From the human T2T-CHM13v2.0 reference genome, Homo sapiens: DNA of 64,000 bases. The first letter of the stretch is position 1; every line of letters begins with the position of its first letter. The notes beneath the pieces are model-generated. The model saw only the letters and a program-made list of their open reading frames with translations. It did no database searches and had not been told where the DNA came from. Positions 1 to 16,100 of this stretch are shown here, in pieces. The position numbers were made by a program, and so were the translations under genes. The stretch lies in assembly GCF_009914755.1 (NCBI RefSeq), contig NC_060938.1, one strand, 5' to 3'.

Positions 1-73
1 CAAATTGTAAAGACCATTGTGGCTAGTAAGAAACTACATCAACTAAAGAGCAAAATAACCAGCTAACATCATA

Positions 74-3885
<3,812 letters not shown>

Positions 3886-4119
3886 GCAATGAGAACACAT
3901 GGACACAGGAAGGGGAACATCACACTCTGGGGAGAGATGTGGGGTGGGGGAGGGGGGAGGGATAGCATTCGGAGATATACCTAATGCTAAATGACAAGTT
4001 AATGGGTGCAGCCTACCAACATGTCACGTGTACACATATGTAACTAAGCTGCACAATGTGAACATGTACCCTAAAACTTAAAGTGTAATAATAATAAAAT
4101 AAAATAAATTCTAAAAAAA
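3886..4119 (+). other. L1 3' UTR with G-rich polypurine tract and degenerate poly(A) tail
   Basis: G-rich tract ggggagagatgtggggtgggggaggggggaggg at ~3929-3961. Terminal ccctaaaacttaaagtgtaataat is followed by an A-rich tail that joins directly to alpha satellite (tacacagcag). Confidence 0.93.
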
Positions 4120-7100
4120 ATACACAGCAGTACTCTGAGAAACTTCTTTGCAGTGTGTGCATTCAACTGTCAGAGTTGAACATATCTTTTGGTTGAACAG
4201 TTTTGAAAATATCTTTTTGTAGAATCTGGAAGTGGATATATGGAGCCCTTTGTGGCTTATGGTGCAAAAGGAAACATCTTCACATAAAAACTAAACAGAA
4301 GCGTTCTGAGAAATTTCTTGGTGATGTGTGCATTCATCTCACAGAGTTGAATATTTCTTTTGATTGTGCAGGTTGAAACACTGTTTCTGTAGAATCTGCA
4401 AGTGGATATTTGGAGCGCTATGTGACCTATTGTAGAAAAGGAAATATCTTCACATAAAAACTTCACAGAAGCATTCTGAGAAACTTCTTTGTTATTTGTG
4501 TATTCAACACACAGAGTTGAACCTATATTTTGATACAGCAGTCTTGAAACTCTCTTTTTGTAGAATCTGCAAGTGGATATTTGGAGCCCTTTGTGGCCTA
4601 TGGTATAAAAGAAAATATCCTCAAATAAAAACTATACAGAAGCATCCTGAGAAACTGCTTTGTGATGTGTGCATTCATCACACAGAGTTGAACTTTTCTT
4701 TTGATTGTGCAGTTTGGAAACACTCTTTTTGTAGAATCTGTAGGTGGATATTTGGAGGGTTTTGAGTCCTATGGTGGTAAAGGAAATGTCGTCACATGAA
4801 AAATACAGAGGCATTCTGGGAAACTTTTTGTGACGTGTACATTCACCTTCCAGAGTTGAACCTATCGTTTGATCAAGAAGTTTTGAAACTCTCTTTTTCT
4901 AGAGCCTGCAAGTGGATATTGGAGCCATTTGTGGCCTATGGTGTAAAAGGAAATATCTTCACTTTAAAACTACACAGAAACATTCTGAGAAACTTCTTTG
5001 TGACGTGTACATTCATCTCACAGAGTTGAACCTTTGTTTTGATAGAGCAGTTTGGAAACACTTTTTGTAGAATCTTCAATGGATATTTGGAGTGCTTTAA
5101 GGCCTATTGTGGAAAAGGAAATATCTTCACATAAAAACTACACAGAAACATTCTGAGAAACTTCATCATGATGTGTGCATTCATCTGACAGAGTTGAACT
5201 TTTCTTTAGTTTTAGCAGTTTGGAAACACTCTTTCTGTAGAATCTGCAATTTAATATTTGAAGCACTTTGAGGCTTACAGTGGAAAAGGAAATATCTTCA
5301 CATAAAAACTACAAAAAACTATTGTGAGAAACTTCTTTGTTGTGCATGCATTCAACTCACAGGGTTGAACCTATCTTTTGGTTGACCAGTTTTGAAACTC
5401 TCTTTTTGTAGAATCTGCAAGTGGATATTAGGAAACCCTTGTGGCCTATGGTGGAAAAGGAAGTATCTTCTCATAAAAAGTACACACAAGCATTCTGAGA
5501 AACTTCTTTGTGATGTATTCATTCTATTCACAGAGTTGAACGTATTTTTTGATTAAGCGGTTTTGAAACTCTCTTTTTCAATAATCTGCAAGTGGATATT
5601 GGGAGCCCTATGCAGCCTAATATGGAAAAGGAAATATCTTCACATAAAAACTACACAGAAGAATTTTGAGAAACTTCTTTGTGATGTGTGCATTCACCTC
5701 AGAGTGTTGAACGTTTCTTTTGGTTGAGCAGTTAGGAAACACTCGTTTTGCAGAATGTGCAAGTTGATATTTGTAGCACTTAGAGGCCTCTAGTGGAAAA
5801 GGAAATATCATCTTCACATAAAAACTACACAGAAGCATTCTGAGAAATTTCTCTGTGATCTGGGCATTCAACTCACAGGGTTGAATCTATCTTTTGATTG
5901 AGCAGTATTGAGTCTCTCTTTCTGTGGAATCTGGAAGTGGATATTTGCAGCCCTTTGCGGCCCATGGTGGAAAAAAAAATATCATCACATAAAAACTACA
6001 CAGAAGCATTCTGAGAAACTTTTTGTGATGTGTGCATTCATCTCATGGAGTTGAACCTATCTTTTGATGGAGCAGTTTTGAAACTCTCTTTTTGAAGAGT
6101 CTGGAATGGGTATTTGGAGGCCTTTGCGGCATATATTGCAAAAGGAAATATCTTCACATAAAAACTACACAGAAGCATTCTGAGAAACTTCTTTGTGATG
6201 TGTGCACTCAACTCACAGAGTTGAAGCTACCTTTGAATGAGTAGTTTTGAATCTCTCCTTCTGTAGAATCTGCAAGTGGATATTTGGAGCCCTTTGCGGC
6301 CTATGGTGGAAAAGGAAGTATCTTCACATAAAAACTACACAGAAGCATTCTGAGAAAATTTTTGCTGTTGTGTGCATTCAACTCATACACTTGAACCTAT
6401 CTTTTGAGCAATTTTGAAACCCTCTGTTGGAAGAATCTGAAAGTGGGTATCTGGAGCGCTTTGGTGCCTATTGTGGAAAAGGAAATATCTTCAAAAAAAA
6501 AAAAAACACATGGAAACATTCTGAGAAACTTCTTTGTGACGTATGCATTCATCTCACAGAGTTGAACCTTTCTGTTGATTGAGCAGTTTTCACATTCTTT
6601 TTCTAGAATCTGCAAGTGGATATTTGGAGCTCTTTGAGGCCTATTGTGGAAAATGAAATATCTTCACATAAAAATTACACAGAAGCATTCTGAGGAAGTT
6701 CTTTGTGATGTGTGCATTCATTTGACAGAGTTGAACATTTCTTTTGTTTGAGCTGTTTGGGATCATTCTTTCTGTAGAATCTGCAGTGGATATTTAGAGA
6801 GTTTTGAAGCTTATGGTGTAAAAGTAAATATCTTCACATAAAAACTATGCAGAAGCATTCTGAGAAACATCTTTGTGATGAGTGCATTCATAACACAGAG
6901 TTGAATCTATCTTTTGATTCAGTAGTTTTGAATCTCTCTTTATGTCGAATCTGCAAGTAGATATTTGAAGCCCTTTTCAGCCTATGGAGGAAAAGGAAGT
7001 ATCATGAAATAAAAACTACACGGAAGCATTCTGAGAATCTTCTTTTGGTTGTGTGCATTCATCTCACAGTGTTGAACCTTTCTTTTGGTAGAGCATTTTT

Positions 7101-10100
7101 GTAACACTGTTTTTGAAAAATCTGGAAGAGGATATTTGGAGCACTTTGAGGCCTATTGTGGACAAGTAAATATGATAACATAAAAACTATAAAGAAGCAT
7201 TCTGAGTAACTTCATTTGATGTGTGCATTCACCACACAGAGTTGAAGCTATCTTATGATTGAGCAGTTTTGAAACACTCTCTTTGTATAATCTTCAAGTT
7301 GATATTTGAAGCACTTTGAGGCCTACTGTGGAAAAGTAACATCTTCACATAAAAATTGCACAGAAGCATTATGAGAATCTTCTTTGTGATGTGTGCATTC
7401 ATCTCACAGATGTGAACCTTTCTTTTGGTAGAGCAGTTTTGAAACACGGTTTTTGTAAAATCTGCAGGAGGATATTTTGAGCGCCTTGATGCCTACTGTG
7501 GAAAAGTAAATATTTTCACATAAAAACTATGCAGAGGCATTCTGAGTAAGTACTTTGTGATGTGTGCATTCATCTCACAGAGTTGTACATTTCTTTTGAT
7601 TGAGCAATTTTGAAACACTCTTTCTGTAGAATCTGCAAGTGGATACTTTGAGCACTTTGAGGACTATAGTGGAAAAGGAAATATCTTCACATAAAAACTA
7701 CACAGAAGTATTCTGAGAAACTTCTTTGCCATGTGAGCATTCAACACACAGAGTTGAACCTATCTTTTGATAGATCAGTTTTGAATCTCTCTTTTTGTAG
7801 AATCTGCAAGAGGATATTTGGATACCTTTGTAGTCTATGGAGAAAGAGGAAATATCTTCAAATAAATACTACACAGAAGCATTCTGAGAAACTTCTTTGT
7901 GATGTGTGCATTCATCCCACAGAGTTGAAACTATCTTATGATTGAGCAGTTTTGAAACACTCTCTTTGTAGAATCTGAAAGTGGATACCTGGGGCACTCT
8001 GTGTCCTATTGTGGAAAATGAAATATCTTCACATAAAAACTACACAGAAGGATTCTGAGAAACTTCTTTGTGATGTGTGCATTCATTTGACAGAGTTGAC
8101 AGTTTCTTTTGATTGAGCAGTTTTGAAACACAGTTTTTGTAGAATCTGCAAGTGGATATTTGGAGCCCTTTGAGGCCTATTGTGGAAAAACAAATATCTT
8201 CACATAAAAACCACACAGAGGCATTCTGAGAAACTACTTTGTGATGTGTGCATTCATCTCACAGTGTTGAAACTTTCTTTTGATTGAGGAGTTTTGAAAC
8301 ACTGTTTTGTAGAATCTGCAAGAGGATGTTTGGAGCGCTTTGAGGCCTATTGTGGAAAACGAAATAATTTCACATAAAAACTACTGTGAAACATTCTGAG
8401 AAACTAATCATTCTGAGAAACTAATTTGTGATGAGTGCATTCATCACATAGATTTGAACTTTTCTTTTGATTGAGCAGTTTTGAAACACTCTTTTTGTAG
8501 AATCTGCAAGTGGATATTTGGAGGGATTTTTAGGCCTATTTTGGAAAAGGAAGTATCTTCACATAAAAACTACACAGAAGCATTCTGAGAAACTTGTTTG
8601 TGATGTGTGCATTCATCTCACAGAGTTGAACCATTCTTTTCTTTGAGTAGTTTTGAAACACTCTTTTGGTAGAATCTGCAAGTGGATATTTGGAGCGCTT
8701 TGAGGTCTAGTTTGGGAAAGGAAATATCTTCACATATAAACTACACAGAAGCATTCTGGGAAACTTCCCTGTGATGTGTGCATTCATCTCCCAGAGTTGA
8801 ACCTGTCTTTTGATTGAGCAGATTTGACATGCTCTTTTTGTAGAATCAGCAGGTGGATATTTGGTGGGCTTGGAGGCCTATTGGGAAAATGAAATATCTT
8901 CACATAAAAACTACACAGAAGCATTCTGAGAAACTTCTTTGTGGTTTGTGTCTTCAACTCACAGTCTTGAACCTTTCTTTTGATTGAGCAATTTTGGATC
9001 TCTCTTTTTCTAGAATCTGGAAGTGGATATTTGGAGCAATTTGTGGTCTATGGAGGAAAAGGAAATATCTTCAAATAGAAACTACACAGAAGCATTCTCA
9101 CAAACTTCTACGTGATTTGTGCATTCATCTCACAGAGTTGAACCTGTCTTTTAATTCAGCAGACTTCAAACACTCTTTTTGTAGAATCAGCAAGTAGATA
9201 TTTGGTGGGCTTTGAGGCTTTTTGGAAAAGGAAATATCTTCACATAAAAACTACACAGAAGCATTCTGAGAAATTTCCCTATGATGTATGCATTCATCTC
9301 CCAGAGATAAAACTTTCTTTTGATTGAGCAGTTTTGAAGCACTCTTTTTGTAGAATCTGCAAGTGGATATTTGGAGACCTTTGTGGCTTATGGTGGAAAG
9401 GGAAATACCTTCACATAAAAACTGCACTGAAGCCTTCTGAGAAACTTCTTTGTGATGTGTCCATTCAACTCACAGCCTTGAACCTATCTTTTGATTGAGC
9501 AGTTTCGGATCTCTCTTTTTCAGGAACCTGAAAGTGGATGTTTGGAGCCCTTTGCGGTCCATGGAGGCAAAGGAAATATCTTCAAATAAAAACTACACAG
9601 AAGCATTCTAAGAAACTTCTTTGTGATGTGTGCATTCATCCCACAGAGATGAAAGTTTCTTTTGATTGAGAACTTTTGAAACACTCTTTTTGTAGAATCT
9701 GCAAGTGGATATTTGGAGCGCTTTTAGACCTACTGTGGAAAAGGAAATATCTTCCCATAAAAACTACACAGAAGCATTCAAAGAAACTTATTTGTGATGT
9801 GTGCATTCAACTCATAGAGTTGAACCTATCTTTTGATTGAGCAGTTTTGAATTTCTCTCTTTGTAGAATCTGCAAGTGGATATTTGAAGCCCTTTGCGGC
9901 CAATGGAGGATAAGGAAATATCTTCAAATAAATACTACACAGAAGCATTCTGAGAAACTTCTTTGTGATGTGTGCATTCATCTCATAGATTTGAACATAT
10001 CTTATGATTGAGTACATTTGAAACACTCTCTTTGTAGAATCTGCAAGTGGATACTTGGAGGGCTTTCAGGACTGTTGTGGAAAAGGAAATATCTTCACGT

Positions 10101-13100
10101 AAAAACTTCACAAAAGCATTCTGAGATACTTCTTTATGATGTATGCACTCAACTCAGAGAGTTGAACCTATCTTTTGATTGAGAAGTTTTGAAACACTCT
10201 GTTTGTAGAATCTGCAAGTGGATATTTGGAGTGCTTTGAGGCCTATTGTGGAAAAGGTAATATCTTCACATAAAAACTACAAATAAGCATTCTGAGAAAC
10301 TTCTTTGTGATGTGTGAATTCAAGTCACAGAGTTTAACCTATCTTTTGATTGAGCAGTTTTGAATCTCTCTTTTTGTAGAATCTGCAAGTGGATATTTGG
10401 TGGGCTTTGAGGCCTATTTTGGAAAAGGAAACATCTTCACATAAAAACTACACAGAAGCATTCTGAGAAACTTCTTTGTGATGTGTGCATTCAACTCACA
10501 GTCTTGAACCTATCTTTCAATTGAGCATTTTTGGATCTCTCTTTTTCTCGGATTTGCAAGTGGATATTTGGAGCCCTTTGCAGTCCATGGAGGCAAAGGA
10601 AATATCTTCAAATAAAAACTACACAGAAGCATTCTGAGAAACTTCTTTGTGATGTGTGCATTCATCTCACAGAGATGAACCTATCTTATGACTGAGCAGC
10701 TTTGAAACAGTCTCTTTGCAAAATCTTCAGGTGTATATTTGGAGTGCTTTTTGGCCTATTGTGTAAAAGGAAATATCTTCACATAAACCTACACAGATTT
10801 ATTCTGAGAAACTACTTTTTGTTGTGTGTATTCATCTAACAGAGTTGTACGTTTCTTTTGATTGAGCAGTTTTGAAACACAGTTTTTACAGAATGTGCAA
10901 GTGGATATTTGGAGCGCTTTGGGGCCTACTGTGGAAAAGCAAATATCTTCACGTAAAAACCACACAGAAGCATTCTGAGAAACAACTCTGTGATGTGTGC
11001 ATTCATCCCACAGAGTTGAAAGTTTCTTTTGATTGAGAACTTTTGAAACACTCTTTTTGTAGAATCTGCAAGTGGATATTTGGAGCGCTTTTAGACCTAT
11101 TGTGGAAAAGGAAATATCTTCCCATAAAAACTACACAGAAGCATTCTGAGAAACTTCTTTGCAATGTGTGCATTCAACTCATAGAGTTGAACCTATCTTT
11201 TGATTGAGCAGTTTTGAATTTCTCTGTTTGCAGAATCTGCAAGTGGATATTTGAAACCCTTTGCAGCCAATGGAGGATAAGGAAATATCTTCAAATAAAT
11301 ACTACACAGAAGCATTCTGAGAAACTTCTTTGTGATGTGTGCATTCATCCCACAGAGTTGAAACTATCTTATGATTGAGCAGTTTTGAAACACTCTCTTT
11401 GTAGAATCTGCAAGTGGATACTTGGAGGGCTTTCAGGACTGTTGTGGAAAAGGAAATATCTTCACGTAAAAACTTCACAAAAGCATTCTGAGATACTTCT
11501 TTATGATGTATGCATTCAACTCAGAGAGTTGAACCTATCTTTTGATTGAGAAGTTTTGAAACACTCTGTTTGTAGAATCTGCAAGTGGATATTTGGAGTG
11601 CTTTGAGGCCTATTGTGGAAAAGGTAATATCTTCACATAAAAACTACAAATAAGCATTCTGAGAAACTTCTTTGTGATGTGTGAATTCAAGTCACAGAGT
11701 TTAACCTATCTTTTGATTGAGCAGTTTTGAATCTCTCTTTTTGTAGAATCTGCAAGTGGATATTTGGTGGGCTTTGAGGCCTATTTTGGAAAAGGAAACA
11801 TCTTCACATAAAAACTACACAGAAGTATTCTGAGAAACTTCTTCGTGATGTGTGCATTCATCTCACAGAGTTGAACCTATCTTATGATTGAGCAAATTTG
11901 AAACACTGGCTTTGTAGATGCTGCAAGTGGATATTTGGAGCGCTTTGAGGCCTAATGTGGAAAAGGAAATATTTTCACATAAAAACCACACAGAAAAATG
12001 ACAAATTTCTTTGTGGTGTGTGCATTCATCTCACAGAGTTGAAACTTTCCTTCGTATGAGCAGTTTTTCCACACTCTTTTGGAGAATTTAGAAGTGGATA
12101 TTTGGAGCACTTTGAGGTATATTGTGGAAAAGGAAATATCTTCACATAAACACTACAAAGAAGCATTCTGAGAAACGACTTTGTGATGTGTGCATTAAAC
12201 TCACAGAGGTGAACTTATCTTTTGATTGAGCAGATTTGAATATCTCTTTTTGTAGAAGCTGCAAGTGGATATTTGGAGCCCTCTGCAGCCCATGGAGAAA
12301 AAGGAAATATCTTCAAATAAAAACTACACGGAAGCATTCTGAGAAACTTCTTTGTGATGTGTACATTCATCTCACAGAGTTGATCCTATCTTATGATTCA
12401 GCAGTTTTGAAACACTGTTTTTGTAGAATCTGAAATTAGATATTTGGAGTGCTTTGAGGCCTTCTGTGGAAAAGCAAATATCTTCAGAAAAGAACGACAC
12501 AGAATTATTCTGAGAAACATCTTTGTGATGTGTGCATTCATCTCACAGAGTTGAACCTATCTTATAATTGAGCAGTTTTGAAACACTCTTTTTGTAGAAT
12601 CTACAGGTAGATAATTGGAGCGCTTTCAGGACTATTGTGGAAAAGGAAATATCTTCACATAAAAACTACACAGAAGCATTCAGAGAAACATCTTTGTGAT
12701 GTGTGCATTCATCTCACAGAATTGAACCTATCTTATGATTCAGCAGTTTTGAAATAACCTGTTTGTAGAATCTGCAAGTGGATATTTGGAGCGTTTTGAG
12801 GCTTTTTGTGGAAAAGGAAATATCTTCACATAAACACTAGACAAAAGCATTCTGAGAACTTCCTTGTGATGAGTGCATTCAACGCATAGATTTCAACATA
12901 CCTTTTGATTGAGCAGTTTTGAATCTCTCTTTTTGTAAAATCAGCAAGTGGATATTTTGAGCCCTTTGCAGCCTATGGTGGAAAAGGAAATATCTTCAAA
13001 TAAAAACTACACAGAAGCATTCTGAGAAACTTCTTTTTTATGTATGCATTAAACTCACAGAATTGAACTTATCTTTTGCTTGAGTAGTTTTGAATCTCTC

Positions 13101-16100
13101 TTTTTGTAGAATCTGCAGGTGGATATTGGGAGATCTTAGTGGCCAATGGAGAAAAAGGGAATATCTTCAAATAAAAACTATACAGAAGCATTCTGAGAAA
13201 CTTTTTTGTGATGTGCGCTTTCATCTCACAGAGTTTAACCTATCTTATGATTGATCAGATTTGAAACATTGGCTTTGTAGAATCTGCAAGTGGATATTTG
13301 GAGATCTTTTAGGCCTATGGTGGAAAAGGATTTATCTTCCCATAAAAACTACAAAGAAGCATTCAAAGAAACTTCTTTGTGATGTGTGCATTCAACTCAC
13401 AGAGTTGTACCTATCTTTTGATTGAGCAGTTTTGAATTTCTCTTTTTGTAGAATCTGCAATTGGATATTTGAAACCCTTTGCATCCTATGGAGGAAAAGG
13501 AAATATCCTGATACAAATACTACACAGAAGCATTCTGAGAATCTTCTTTGTGATGTGTGCATTCATCTCATAGATTTGAACCTTTCTTATGATTGAGCAG
13601 TTTTGAAACACTCTCTTTGTAGAATCTGCAAGTGGATACTTGCAGGGATTTCAAGCCTGTTGTGGAAAAGAGAATATCTTCACATAAAAACTACACGGAA
13701 GCATTCTGAGAAACTTTGTGATGTGTGCTTTCATCTCACAGAGATGAACTTTTCTTTTGATTGTGCTGTTTTGAAACACTGTTTTTGTAGAATACACAAC
13801 TGGATATTTGGAGCCCTTTGCAGCCTATATTAGAAAAGGAAATATCTTTAGATAGAAACTACACAGAAACATTCTGAGAAACTTCTTTGTGAGTCATGCA
13901 TTAATCTCAAAGAGTTGAAATTTGTTTTGATTGAGAAGTTTTGAAACACTCTTTTTGTAGAAACTGCAAGTTGCTATTTGGAGCCCTTTGCGGCATATGG
14001 TGAAACAGGAGATACATTCACATAAAAACTACACAGAAGCATTCTGAGAAACTTCCCTGGGATGTATGCATTCATCTCACAAAGTTGAACCTTTCTTTTG
14101 TTTGAGAAGTTTTGAAAAACTCCTTTTGTAGAATCTGCAAGTGGATACTTGGAGCACATTTAGGCCTATTGTAGAAAATGAAAGATCTTCACCTAAAAAC
14201 TACACAGAGACATTCTGAGAAACCCCTTTGTGATGTCTGCATTCAACTCACAGAGTTGAACTGATCTTTTGATTGAGCAGTTTTGACACTCTCTTTTTGT
14301 AGAATCTGGAAGTGGGTATAAGGAGCCGATTGTGGCCAATGGTGGAAAAGGAAATATGTTCACATAAAAACTACACAGAAGCATTCTGAGAAACTTCTTT
14401 GGATGTGTGCATTAATCTCAAAGAGTTGAACGTTGCTTTTGATTGAGAAGTTTGGAAAAACACTTTTTGTAGAATCAGGAAGTAGATATTTGGAGAGATT
14501 TGAGGTCTATTGTGGAAAAGGAAATATCTTCACATAAAAACTACACAGAAGCATTCTGAGAAACTACATTGTGATGTGTGCATTCATCTCACAGAGTTGA
14601 AACTTTCTTTTCATTGAGCAGTTTTGAAACACTCTTTTTGAAGAATCTGAAACTGGATATTTGGAGCGCTTTGAGGCCTATTGTGAAAAAGGAACTATCT
14701 TCCCATCAAAACTACACAGAAGCGTTCTCAAAAACGTCTTTGTGATGTGTGCTTTCATCTCACAGAGCTGAACATATGTTTTGATTGAGCAGTTTTGAAA
14801 CACTCTTTTTGTAGCATATGCAAGTGGATATTTGGAGCACTTTGAGGCCTAAGGTAGAAAAGGAAATATCTTCACATAAAAACTACGCAGATGCATTCTG
14901 AGAAACTTCTTTGTGATGTGTGAATTCATCTCACAGATTTTAACCTTTCTTTTGAATGAGCAGATTGGAAACACTCTTTTTGTAGAATCTTCAAGTGGAT
15001 ATTTGGAGCGTTTTGATGCCTGTGGTAGAAAAGGGAATATCTTCACATAGAAATTAAGCAAAAGCATTCAGAGAAACTTCTTTGTGATGTGTGCATTCAA
15101 CTCACAGAGTTGAAACTATCTTTTGATTGAGCAGTTTTGAATCTCTCTTTTTGTCAAATCTGCAAGTGGATATTTGGAGCCCTTTGTGGCCTATGGTGGA
15201 AAAGGAAATATCTTCACATAAAAACTACACAGAAGAATTCAGAGAAACTTCTTTGTTATGTGTGCTTTCATCTCACAGTGTTGAACCTTTCTTTTGATTG
15301 AGCAGTTTGGAAAATCCCTTTAGGAGAATCTGAAAGTGGATATTTGGATGGCTTTGGGGCCTATTTTGGAAAAGCAAATTTCTTCACATAAAAACTACCC
15401 AGAAGCATTCTGAGAAACTTATTTGTGATGTGTGCCTTCATCTCACAGAGTTGAAGCTTTCTTTTGATTGAGCAGTGTTGAAAGAGTCTTTTTGTAGAAT
15501 CTGCAAGTGGATACTTCGGGGGCTTTAAGGCCTATTTTGGAAAAGGAAATATCTTCACATAAAAACTACACAGAAGCATTCTGAGAAACTTCTTTGTGAT
15601 GTGTGTATTCATCTCACAGAGTTGAACCTTTCTTTTGATTGAACAGATTTAAAACGCTCTTATTGTAGAATCTGCCATTGGATACTTGGTGTGCTTTGAG
15701 GCCTATTTTGCAAAATTAAATATCTTCACATAAAAACTACACAATAGAATTCTGAGCAACTTCTTTGTGATGTGTGCATTGAACTCACAGAATTCAACCT
15801 ATTTTTTGATTGAGCACTTTCGAACCTCTCTTATTGGATACTCTGCAAGTGTATATTTGTAACCCTTTGCAGCCTACGGTGGAAAAAGGAAATATCATCA
15901 CATAAAAACTACACAGAAACATTCTGAGAAACTTATTTGGGATGTGTGCATTCCTCTCACAGAGTTGAACCAATCTTTTGATTGAGCAGTTTTGAAACAA
16001 TCTTTTTGTATAATCTGCAAGTGGATACTTGGAACGCTTTGAGGCCTATTGTGGAAAAGGAAATATCTTCACATAGAAACTACACAGGAGAATTCTGTGA

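Noticed and set aside
3929-3961. G-quadruplex-capable tract
   Set aside because: It is a standard feature of the L1 3' UTR, not novel.
6493-6506. A14 run, a possible retrotransposon tail
   Set aside because: It replaces cataaaaacta within a normal-length monomer and has no element body or TSD, so it is homopolymer slippage.
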